The position numbers were made by a program, and so were the translations under genes. A model generated the notes under the pieces. The model did not search any database. It was given only the letters and a program-made list of their open reading frames with translations, and had not been told where the DNA came from. A DNA stretch of 64,000 bases from Podarcis liolepis (Eukaryota). Location: NCBI GenBank assembly GCA_965112155.1, contig OZ218098.1; one strand, given 5' to 3'. How positions within the stretch are numbered: position 1 is the stretch's first letter; each line of letters opens with the position of its first letter. This document shows positions 24,811 through 35,583 of this stretch, piece after piece.

Positions 24811-24842
24811 TGTTGTTGTTTAGTTATTTAGTCGTGTCCGAT
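24811..24842 (-). mobile_element. Extremely truncated BovB 3' tail
   Basis: TGTTGTTGTTTAGTTATTTAGTCGTGTCCGA matches the BovB terminus seen at 30517, 52909 and 55440. Confidence 0.65.
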
Positions 24843-25377
24843 TCCAATGCACCATAGTTATTCACACCTGTGCTACTCAACTTTTTGCTGATCCACCAGG
24901 AAAATGTGGGCAGTGCCCTTGGAATTTGTCGTTTTTTATCTGTGTTGGATTAGTGTGTGGTTGCACATTAACTTACAGTATAAGACATGGAAGGACACCA
25001 GCTGAAAACTTCAGAGGACCAAAAAAAGGGGGGGTGCCTTTGTACACACTTGCAATTGAAAAACTGTACACTCCTTTGAAAAAGGCTCATTTAAAAGAGG
25101 TAAAACTAATTTTGCTAGAAGATATGTTTTTATTAAGGACAAAGCAATGGATCTGATAGAGTAAGGAAATATTTACATTGTAGGATGACTATGCTAAAGA
25201 GTACACACACAAACACACACACAGCCATATTTATTACATATTATTGCTGATAAATTAAATAGACCAGAGGATGATGATGATGATGATAATAATAGTTGAT
25301 AACTTTTCTTAAGATGGTATCTCAAAGCAATTGACTTTTAAAATGTGTGGGATACTGCAACAGAAAGGACAGGCTTA

Positions 25378-26566
25378 GGACTTCTGGCACAGCCACTATG
25401 GCGAACTGCCGATCCCATGGTCGTGGATTCCAGCCGTGCAGTTAATTCAGGATAATTTGGGAGTAATTATCCTTGCAAGGCCCCCCCCTCGAGTTGGGGG
25501 GGGGGAGAGCTTTCTCTCACAGATTGTACAATAACTGCTTCTCACTCCAATGGAATGTGGGGGCAGGGATGCAGAGGGCATAGCACTGCATGTGTTGGAA
25601 ACTCCACAAGGCAGTCGCCATGAGCGGAGGTATCTCTGTTTCTTTTAAGATGTATCTGAATTTGGACTTAAGAAACAGACGTGTTTTGGAAGAAGGAGAA
25701 AGATAACCTGCGAAATGAATCAGCCACTGAGGGCCAAGGTTTTGATCTGGATAGGACTCTCTTTATCGTAACTGGAATGCTACGTAAGTGAAGGGAGCCT
25801 TTGTTCTCTTTATACATTATTTTTGCTGTGCTATGAATCAGCAAGCCTTCACTGGAAAAGAATAAATTACTAATGGAAGGAAATTACTAATGGATTACTA
25901 CTATATATGGAATGCAAGCAGGATTCAACTTTTTTTTATGGAGTGCTTGAAAGAATAGACTGTGTGAAATACTGTGATGATTTGTAACATTTCCAACTAA
26001 ACAGAGCTCTAGTTCTGATTTATGATGGTTTTGGTGAGATGCCAGCTCGTTAGAAGAAATAAGGAGATAAACACTGAAAGTAAGTCAGAAGTTGCGGCCG
26101 GAGTTCTTTCAGCTTTCGGCTTCAGAGAGGCAAAGCTATGACGCACCTAGAAATGAGCTTTCGAAGGAGGGGCAATGTTGAAGAAAATTGACTGATTACA
26201 ACATGAAGGAAATGAAGAAGGTAAACAAATATTTCACACAGCTACAGGATATAAATTCCATCTGCAAGTTAATGGATTTGGATTTATTAAACACAATAGA
26301 AAGTCATCGCATCAGTGGCTGCTAGAACAAAGGATTAAGATTGGAATTGTGGAACTTGGACTAATTAAGATAATTGGTGCAGGATCAAGGAATAACATCA
26401 ACTCCTGATAGCCGGAACATGGGAAGTCATCCAAAAATGTTTAATTCAGAACTATTTAATTGGCTCTTTTGATTGTATTGTGATTTGGCATGATTTGGCA
26501 TTGTATTAATGTGGCCTCCAATGGATTGTTATTAATGAAAAATTAATAAAAATTAATTTAAAGGAG
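25378..26566 (+). mobile_element. ~1.2-kb ORF-less L1-like non-autonomous retroposon
   Basis: Starts GGACTTCTGG...ATGGCG with a GC-rich 5' part. Ends with a GGGAAGTC motif, a T-rich 3'UTR, AATAAAAA and an A-rich tail. 12-bp TSD AGGACAGGCTTA at 25366-25377 and 26567-26578. Confidence 0.7.
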
Positions 26567-27329
26567 AGGACAGGCTTAAGGTGTGGAGCAGAATTAGTTC
26601 TGTTTTAGTTTAGATCTTGTTTGATAAAAGATTTTAGTAGTTGAAGAACATAGGTACTACTCAGCTGTTCTGTGCTGAAACTGGGAACAGGAAGTGGAAA
26701 ACTATGCTTTGGGCAGGTCAGCATTTGCTCAACATCTGGATTTCACACACACACACACACACACATTCTCATTTTTTGGGGGAAATAATCCATCAATTTT
26801 AAAAGAAAATAAACAGTAGACTATATTTGACATAGTGTCCTCAAATTTCTGTTTGTCTTGTTGACAAATATGGGCTAAGTTGCTGTGAGAAGGTGGCAAT
26901 CCCTGCCTGAGCATCTCATGAGCACCTCAACATCCAGAAGAAACATGCAACTCATTTCATAGGAGAGACATTAAGCCAAGCACTTTTTACAGAATGGCAT
27001 AGCCTGCAGGGAGAAGGAATATAACTACTCTCTAGAAAAAGCCCAGTTCCCAGCTTTCTATCCTGACCAATAAAGGGAACCTAATACCAGGCAATATGGA
27101 CACTCAACTCAGTCCAGCAGAAGCCACATTCTAAAGCTGAAGAGGCAAGCCTCTGGCCCCAATCAGCCTCAGTTAGCATGGATGATGCTCAGGGATTTTA
27201 AGAGGTGTGTTGACTACATTATAATCCTATAACATCTGAAGGACCAAAGGTTAGCCACTGCTGTCGTAAAGGCAGCAAGAATATGTGACCTAAAGAACTT
27301 CTTCCATTACTTCTGAGATTGTCAGGGTA

Positions 27330-27456
27330 AGGATGTCAGGGCAAGGATGACCTGCTTCTGGGATTCCCATAGGCATGTGTTTGAGCCCTATGAGAACAGG
27401 ATGCAGGACTAGCCGGGCCACTGGCCTTACCCAGCTGTAGTCTTCTTATGTTCTTA
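27330..27456 (+). mobile_element. CR1-type LINE 3' end (family also at ~40195-40465 and ~55660-55930 on the minus strand)
   Basis: TCCCATAGGCAT...TGAGAACAGGATGCAGGACTAG...TCTTCTTATGTTCTTA. Reverse-complement homologues at 40.2 and 55.7 kb. Confidence 0.55.
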
Positions 27457-27649
27457 AGCTATTAAATCCCTGGGCATGGTCTGATAACATGTTGCACAGT
27501 TACCTTGCTGATTCTAAGTCTACATCACATCTGTGCCTAGATGGAAGACTGCTTGAGAGTTCTACATATTATCCCTTAAAGTGAGATATAAATACATGTT
27601 AGCTCTTGGGATTTGTGTGCTGAAATCTGTATATAAAAAGCAAAGCAGC

Positions 27650-27765
27650 TGTGTTGGCCCATGAGGGGTAAACCTCCACAGTTGGGCAATACCTTTATTT
27701 GGACCAACCAAACTGTCACAAAATAACAGCAAGCTTTCAAGAACTTTACCAGGCAAAATGTTACA
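27650..27765. mobile_element. Penelope-like terminal fragment (related piece at ~63505-63620)
   Basis: ACCTTTATTTGGACCAACCAAACTGTCACAAAATAACAGCAAGCTTTC resembles squamate Penelope termini as I recall them. Confidence 0.4.
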
Positions 27766-28014
27766 CTAAGCAGGGCAGGGATGAGGAAGAATGCTTTTTT
27801 AAAAATAAAAAAATACAAAATTAGGATGGATGTTGTAGCCATAAAGATTGGCTCCAAGATGGAGACTGCAGACTAAATAAGGCTCCACTACATACTATAG
27901 GTATTAGGCTACACACCTAAGATTATGGGACAAAGAAGCAATGACCTCTCCCTTTGAAAATATATAAATTTGTACATTTTTCTGGTTAGTCTGTCAAAAA
28001 ACATTATGAATGAG

Positions 28015-28180
28015 GTCACATCAGCACCATATTTTTAAAGCACATGTTTTTCCCAAAGACTCTTGGGAACTGCAGTTTGTTATGGGTGCTAGAAATTATA
28101 ATTCTGTGAGGGGTGAAGACAGTCCCTAGGATTTTTTTGGGGGGGAGTCTTGTGCTTTAAATGTATGGTGTGGATGTGAC
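28015..28180. mobile_element. Palindromic MITE
   Basis: Long inverted arms GTCACATCAGCACCATATTTTTAAAGCACA / TGTGCTTTAAATGTATGGTGTGGATGTGAC. Confidence 0.75.
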
Positions 28181-29312
28181 TTTTGGGCATGTTTAACCCT
28201 ATATCAGTGGCACCAACTCCAGGGGGCCCTGGGGGCCCTAGCACCCACAAAGTTTTTGTTGTGGGTGCTCAGCCCCCCCATGCCACTCACCCCCCACACA
28301 CTGTGTGCCATCTCCCCTTTCCCCAGAATAGGACCACATTCTGTAAGGAGGAGGTAAAAACCCTTCACCCTTACACTGCTATTCCTGGGGAGGTAGCTGC
28401 TATCGGTACCATTGGCTTCACTCCTGGATTGAACAGCTGATTTGAGTGGGTCATTTTCATCAGTACTGCAGTGCAGAGGCAAAGAATTGAACCCTCTTCC
28501 CCATACACAACATTCTCAATCCCCCTGACGCTGTTTTTCCATTTAAAGAAAAACACCCAGATATATGAAGCACAGCCCTGCATTTCATTTATTGCTTTGT
28601 TTGGAAACAAGTGCAGGGCAATACAGAGTTTACCTTCTGCCTTCAACTAGCACATCAAGCCTGCTTCTTCAATTCATTCTTTCATCTCATCTCTGATTGA
28701 CTTTTAAATGCATGCATACTGTATATCTACCTATCTATTTTGGGAATTCTGTATGAATTGGCGTGGTTGTTGGGGGAGTAAACTAATCCACGTGAATCAA
28801 ATTAAAACCTTCACAGAGAATGGCAGCATAAACATTCTAAAAACATGCAACGTGTTTGCAAAGTAAGGGGGGAATCTTATCGCATTCTCACTCCCTCTCT
28901 CTTGCCCTAATGCCTCTTGTTAGTCATGGAGTTGATCAGTAAAGCATTTGAATGCAATTCTTGCCTTCAAATGCTGTCAAATATTCAAGTGTGAGATGTC
29001 ACGTACTGTAGCAAATTTGCTGCAATGCCTAGGCACCAAAGGGTGAGTTAAGGATGGACTGTCAGCACTAAGGTCACGACCTGCTATGGAAGTAATGTAC
29101 AGATCTAGAGCACTAATGAGGGAAACAATGACTTCCACAATAATGATGCACAATACTGAAAAACATCCCATGTATTCTTGGCTAGTTCTGCAAATGTCAC
29201 GGGCCCTGAACGGGAATGGGAAATTCTTTGCCCTGACTGACTTCTCTTATAACTTGTTTACATGCAGTTATATAGATGGTGTTTTGCTTTTTGCATGTCC
29301 TAAAGCAATATA

Positions 29313-29680
29313 GGGATGCGGGTGGCGCTGTGGGTAAAACCTCAGCGCCTAGGACTTGCCGATCGCATGCTCGGCAGTTCGAATCCCTGTGGCGGGGTGC
29401 GCTCCCGCTGCTCGGTCCCAGCGCCTGCCAACCTAGCAGTTCGAAAGCACCCCCGGGTGCAAGTAGATAAATAGGGACCGCTTACTAGCAGGAAGGTAAA
29501 CGGCATTTCCGTGTGCTGCTCTGGTGCCGGTTCGCCGGAGTAGCTTCGTCACGCTGGCCACATAACATGGAAGTGTCTGCGGACAGCACTGGCTCCCAAC
29601 CTCTAGACTGAGATGAGCGCACAAACCTAGAGTCTGTCAAGACTGGCCCGTATGGGCAGGGGTACCTTTACCTTTACCTT
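29313..29680 (+). mobile_element. Full-length Sauria (Squam1) SINE
   Basis: GGGATGCGGGTGGCGCTGTGG start, GTTCGAATCC B-box, (ACCTTT)3 tail. TSD TAAAGCAATATA at 29301-29312 and 29681-29692. Confidence 0.95.
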
Positions 29681-29722
29681 TAAAGCAATATAGAGATGAT
29701 GCATCTTGTCCTTTATTTAGAA

Positions 29723-29880
29723 AATCATAGAACGGTAGAGTTGGAAGGGACCCCAAAGGTCATCGAGTTGTGAACCGCCCTGAGATCTATGGATGAAGGG
29801 AGGTAGACAAATTTAATAAATGAATAAATAAAATGGTCCAATCCCCTGTGATGCAGGGATCTCAACTAAAGCATACATAT
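29723..29880 (-). mobile_element. CR1 3' end interrupted by a plus-strand L2-type tail (~29769-29833)
   Basis: AATCATAGAAC..AGAGTTGGAAGGGACCCC...[TGTGAACCGCCCTGAGATC...AATAAATGAATAAATAAA]...GTCCAATCCCCTG. Confidence 0.7.
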
Positions 29881-29904
29881 AGAATCATAGAGGATGATGG
29901 GAAA

Positions 29905-30049
29905 CATAGGAACCAACTCCTAGGGGCCAAGGTCCCTTCTGCCTCCACATAAAGTATTTGAGGGAGCCGGGGGCCCCAAAGTTGATGGGCATTGCCATTC
30001 AAGTGGTGTGCATGTGCTGTGTCTTGTGATTGATTAGTTGGCACCTCTG
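29905..30049. mobile_element. hAT MITE (6920 family, opposite orientation)
   Basis: Termini CATAGGAACCAACT / AGTTGGCACCTCTG. 8-bp TSD ATGGGAAA / ACGGGAAA. Confidence 0.8.
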
Positions 30050-30314
30050 ACGGGAAACCTATGGCTTTCCGTTTGTTGCTGGACCATAGCTATACTCACA
30101 GGGCATGCAAGGGGCTCAGAAAAGAATGAATTGCACCATCTCTTACTAGTTCTCCAGGCCTTGCTGTGTTGCATTGCTACCCTTGCTGTGCTTGGACTGG
30201 GTCAGACTGCCAGTTATCCTTGTCCAGAAATCCAATGTAACATTCAAACACATTGTACAAATGTGCTACCACTGTGTCTCATCTGGCCCCCTATGCCTAG
30301 CAAATCTGCTCTCC

Positions 30315-31248
30315 TGTCATGAACTGGCTGGATGCAGAGGAATGGTGGGAGGAACCAGCTGGGGAGCCACCAAGGGAGAAAGGCTCAGAGCCCAGGGAGT
30401 GATGGTGGGACAATGATAAGTAGTCACAGGGAAAAGGAGGAGAAGACGGGGAAGAGGTGGTGTCAGAAGCTGAAGGTGTAACAAGGTTTAGTGAGCCGCA
30501 AGATTCTGTGGCAGATGTTGTTGTTTAGTCGTTTAGTTGTGTCTGACTCTTCGTGACCCCATGGACCAGAGCACACCAGGCACTCCTGTCTTCCACTGCC
30601 TCCCGCAGTTTGGTCAGACTCATGTTTGTAGCTTCAAGAATACTCCAACCATCTCATGCTCTTTTGTCCCCTTCTCCTTGTGACCTCCATCTTTCCCAAC
30701 ATCAGGGTCTTTTCCAGGGAGTCTTCTCTTCTCATGAGGTGGCCAAAGTATTGGAGCCTCAGCTTCAGGATCTGTCCTTCCAGTGACCACTCAGGGCTGA
30801 TTTCCTTCAGAATGGATAGGTTTGATCTTCTTGCAGTCCATGGGACTCTCAAGAGTCTCCTCCAGCACCATAATTCAAAAGCATCAATTCTTCAGCAATC
30901 AGCCTTCTTTATGGTCCAGGTCTCACTTCCATACATCACTACTGGAAAAACCATAGCTTTAACTATACGGACCTTTGTTGGCTAGGTGATGTCTCTGCTT
31001 TTTAAGATGCTGTGGCAGATAGCAGACCATAATCAGGGAAGTTGAAGCAGGGGAGGAGGGAGGCCAAGAGGTGGCTGTGAGGAGGTAGGGACTTTTAGTC
31101 TTAGCAACTGTTCCATGGATGCAAGACCTGCTGGAAATGAGTGTTCATTAGGCCTGATACTCTGCCAGGTCTGGGCAGATTGTGTTTTTCTAATAAAGAG
31201 TTAACTCCAACATGCATGGTGTGGTTTACGGCCGGCTTGCTTCTGACA
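30315..31248 (+). mobile_element. Solo LTR (Gypsy-like) interrupted by BovB
   Basis: TGTCA...TGACA termini and a 5-bp TSD TCTCC (30310-30314, 31249-31253). AATAAA near the 3' end and a purine-rich body. Confidence 0.7.
30517..31009 (-). mobile_element. BovB (RTE) LINE, 5'-truncated
   Basis: Minus-strand peptide RVPWTARRSNLSILKEISPEWSLEGQILKLRLQYFGHLMRREDSLEKTLMLGK and a (CAA)n tail. TSD CTGTGGCAGAT at 30506-30516 and 31010-31020. Confidence 0.95.
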
Positions 31249-33082
31249 TCTCCCTGCAACAGTGGAAGAGGAACTCTTGGGGTGGTCACACATAGACACA
31301 CACCACCACCAAACTGAGACAGTTTGTTTTTATTTCCAGCTGAGCTTAGAAGAGAATGAGGAGGGCAGTCCTGGGAAAAAAAGCTAACAAAACTAATCAA
31401 ATATATTGCTTTCTTTAATAGATATTAGGTGGGGAGGCGGCACTAATTCAGTCTTTCTAAGTATACACATTCCAAATATAAATATCTCTTTGAACTTAAC
31501 AGCAGACAAAACCCCAAAGGAATGAGCAATGCTGTTCTTTAACATACCATATAAAATTCTAGAATCTCATCCCATGGGAGCTGAAACTGGGAAGAAAACA
31601 CAGTATTTTATGTGAGATTGTGTGATTGGAGATCATAATGTTCCTTGAATTGGAGAGAGCTAAGATCTATATTGATATTACTTTAATGTACAAATGAAGA
31701 TTCATTACTAACATTTACTGCTTTCAGTATCATTTTTATATACCTTTTAATATTAAAAAAACACTAATCATCCTTCTTCTTCCATTACACATACTTTACC
31801 TTTTCTTCAGTTATTTGTCCTAGCCCTTAAATTTCTTTTCTTAAACCACTCTATATAATAGACTTATAATGGATAAAATTTGGAAGAACAGAATTTAATG
31901 TGGAAGGAAATATATTTATTTACATCTGCTGGGGGCAGAACTTGCCCAAAGAGCCTGAAAATGCATTTTACTGTTTCATAAACATCTAATGGAAAATAAA
32001 TACTTCAAAACCTATCAATGCTCCCCACACACTGTCTAGTATTGCTCAGAAATCCAAGAATAAGAAAAAGATGGACTATTTGTAAAATAAATGAATCCAA
32101 AAGATGATTTCCAGGCTAAGTTATCTGCTTGCTTACAGTGCTGGGAGAATTTTTATGATCAAGTTATAAATCCTTAAAAAGAGGAGGGGGGTTGTAAAGG
32201 GAACTCTTATATACCTTTATCTAGAATGGCACAGCTGGGGGCTGCTATAATAATCCTTTTGCTTTCATGTGGCCATCTGGAGGCCTATTAAAAGTGGTCT
32301 GTAAAACAGACTCCCCAAGTGCGTTGAGTTTGCCAGTTTCCACGAAGTCACCAAAATAAGGGAGTTTGTCCTTCTTTCGGGTGAAGTGGCCCTCCACAGA
32401 GGGAGGAAAACTTGACCTCTAACCTTTTCCACTGCGAATACGTTGTGTATGGGTTGATTTTGATACATACGTTGTAATTGTGCAGAGAGCTACAGCTGGG
32501 TCTGTTCTGCACCTCTGGTTGTGTGATGAGACAGAAGAGGTTAGGGGATGCAGGGGTGGGCAACACACTGTAACTTTAATGAAGCAGCATGCTTCAACAG
32601 GATAATAATATCCCTTTTTGGTTTGTGAGCAAAGCAACTATGAAATATTGAAACAATATTGCAAGCTTTAATGGGTTTTTTGCTCAAAATATTAAAAGAG
32701 AATTTCCCCTCTTTTCTTTTAAAAAATGCACGTGAACTGTTAAATAAAAATTAAGGGGAAAACATTATTGTGATTATTCAAATATACATTGCCTTTTTTG
32801 GAGGAGGGAGGCAAGATCCTTTGCTATCTTAATGAAATCCATTTGCCAAAGGACGTGACTCAAAAATACACACAGAAAGTCAAACAAGAAACATCATTTG
32901 TCCATAATAGAATCCATCCAGTAGATTTTTCATTAAGCACCTCGCTCTGTAACGTTGCTTGCAACCTATTAAACCTGATATATCAAAACAAAAATTAAGT
33001 CGCTTTCTCAAACTGCACTGGAACTCAGATCTAAAGGACCAAATAAGACGCATTAATTGCTTTACTGCTTCACCGCAAAGCC

Positions 33083-33398
33083 NNNNNNNNNNNNNNNNNN
33101 NNNNNNNNNNNNNNNNNNNNNNNNNNNNNNNNNNNNNNNNNNNNNNNNNNNNNNNNNNNNNNNNNNNNNNNNNNNNNNNNNNNNNNNNNNNNNNNNNNNN
33201 NNNNNNNNNNNNNNNNNNNNNNNNNNNNNNNNNNNNNNNNNNNNNNNNNNNNNNNNNNNNNNNNNNNNNNNNNNNNNNNNNNNNNNNNNNNNNNNNNNNN
33301 NNNNNNNNNNNNNNNNNNNNNNNNNNNNNNNNNNNNNNNNNNNNNNNNNNNNNNNNNNNNNNNNNNNNNNNNNNNNNNNNNNNNNNNNNNNNNNNNNN
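33083..33398. other. N block, 316 nt
   Basis: Run of N in unique sequence. Confidence 0.99.
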
Positions 33399-34303
33399 AT
33401 TATGCCTTGGAGGGTCTCATATTACAAGGTAATTTTTTTGTAAAGACACATATTGCATGGCTCCCAGCCAGAAAATGATATACTATAATATATGTCTCCA
33501 ATAAATGTTTTAAACAAAAAAATTCTCTAAGCAATATTCTTCCGGACTCTGAAGCAGCACACTGTTCTTCAGCATATATTATTTACTGGGTTTTTCATAA
33601 TGCAAATTATTTTCTTTTGCTCATTCTGTTCAACATTATAGCAAGTGTCTTTTAAAAAGTTTGGTATGATTTATTCCTAGTAGGATTTCAGGGCTACTAA
33701 TAACAGCGTTAGATTAAAAACAACAAGCAGTGTACTAGGCCTTACTAACAGTCCATTACATGTGTGTTCCATTTCTGGTTGTCATCTTTCAAGGACTCCA
33801 ACAGGAATGGGGAAAGAAGCTTGGACAACAGAGTGTACAGCTTACCCCCTTGCGCCTCAGCAAAATAAACTAAAATCCTGTCCCCTCTGCAGTATCCATC
33901 AAATCTGTCTCTGGTTCTGGTCACCAGTCCCTTCTTCACCCCATTTCCTCCCCTGCCCTTGCAAATACACCCGACTCTATCACAAGAGGAAGCAAAACCA
34001 TAGCCAAAAAAAGGCGATGGGTGGAGGGTGGGGGAGATTTCTAAGCAGCTTGATTTGGATCTAAAAGAGACAAAGAAACAAAAGAAGAGATCAAAGTATA
34101 ACTAATCTAGTTTGCCAAACAGAACTATTTAATTGGCAGGCTCCCTAACGACAGTATCCACAGAGTGTAGGGTGAAATGGGGAGAGGCACAAAGCTTCCT
34201 CTGCTGCCAAAGGAAAAGGGAATGAGAAGCAAGTAACAGAAGCTGGCTGTAGTAACAGTGGCCAGAGCACAGGTAGTGATGAGAGTCACGGGAGCCTGAG
34301 GAG

Positions 34304-34651
34304 CAGGGGCGGAGGAAGGGGGTGTGGTCCGACCTGGGTGTCACCACTGAGGGGGGTGACAAAATGGCAGGCAGCACTCACCGCGGGGCCTGCAGCGCAC
34401 CTGAGCCACGCGTCTCTCCTGGGAGTGACGCGGTGGCTTGGGCTCCAGCAGGCTCTGCGCTGCCCCAAACGGTCCGCCTGCCACCTCCCCCTCAGCTGTA
34501 GGGCAGCAGAGTGAGAGGAGGCAGACAGGCTCCTTGGAGGCTCCGTAGAGTGTCCTGCCCTGACTGGCCCCGCCCCCACATGGCTGGCCCCGCCCCTGGG
34601 CGCAGGGCATGTGCACCGCCCCAGGCTCCCGATCAGCTTGCTCCGCTGCTG
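34304..34651. mobile_element. GC/CpG-rich hAT MITE
   Basis: Termini CAGGGGCGGAG / CTCCGCTGCTG. Perfect 8-bp TSD CTGAGGAG at 34296-34303 and 34652-34659. Confidence 0.85.
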
Positions 34652-34664
34652 CTGAGGAGAATGG

Positions 34665-34880
34665 GGCACTGCAGTGTGTTGTAGTGGTTACAGAGCTGAG
34701 TGTACCTGGGGGTATACAGGTTTTGGTTCTTACTAGGCCATGAAGCTGGGTGATTCTGGTCCAATGAACTTATCTCTGCCTAAACCACCTCATGTGGTTG
34801 TTGTGAGGAGAAAACGGAAGGAGGTCACCATCTTGAACACCTTGGGGAAAACGTGGGACACAAAATGTATTAAATAAATA
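34665..34880 (+). mobile_element. MIR/CORE-like SINE (degenerate; similar remnants near 3615 and 53230)
   Basis: TGTAGTGGTTA head, CACCTCATGTGGTTGTTGTGAGGA core-like segment, (TAAA)n tail. Confidence 0.5.
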
Positions 34881-35494
34881 AGCTAGTACTTGCAAAATGG
34901 GCTGACTCACCCTTCATTTGCCAGTTAATTTTCAAGGCCCTTCAAGAGGTATCACTGTGGACTGCTTTGGAGACCCACAGCAGGTGGCTACGTTCGCTTG
35001 CAGGTTTGACCTGCTCCCCGCTCTCCATATGCATCCTCGACATTCTTTTTTGTATTTGGTGGAATTAAATTCATTCTGAATGATGAATGTGGTACAGCTA
35101 TGGAAAAGAGGAAGTGATATGCCCCATTTGCGGATATATGCCAACAGCAGCTTCTACCTACTCAAGCATTGAGCAGGCACCGTCAGGAGCTCCACAGAGC
35201 TAGGCTGAGGGACTCCCTTGTCACATCCAGTATGGTGAATCCCCCACTTGCATTGCATTTCCTTTACATTTAAATTAACAGGGTGTAATAATGTAATGAC
35301 CATGGAATTTGGTAGAAGATGAACTGCAGTGGAACGAAAGCAAAGCTGCATGTGATGAATAGAGGGAGAATGGAAAGTGAGGCCTTTGACTACCCCTAGC
35401 CAGAACAAACTATAAACAGCCTCACCACCACCATTTCCCTGCATGTCTTGTCTTTTTAGTTGGTAAGCCTGATGTCTGGGCTTCTTTTTCTGAC

Positions 35495-35530
35495 TCTCTC
35501 TGCCTCTGCCTCTGCTTCTCTCTCTCTCTG

Positions 35531-35580
<50 letters not shown>
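35495..35580. repeat. (CT)n microsatellite with CTGCCT variants
   Basis: Visible dinucleotide run. Confidence 0.95.

Positions 35581-35583
<3 letters not shown>

Noticed and set aside
29313-29400. tRNA-like sequence with A and B boxes (also ~19180-19262 and 24082)
   Set aside because: These are SINE heads with TSDs and tails, not tRNA genes.
34304-34651. CpG-island promoter of a host gene
   Set aside because: It is bounded by TIRs and an 8-bp TSD, so it is a transposon.
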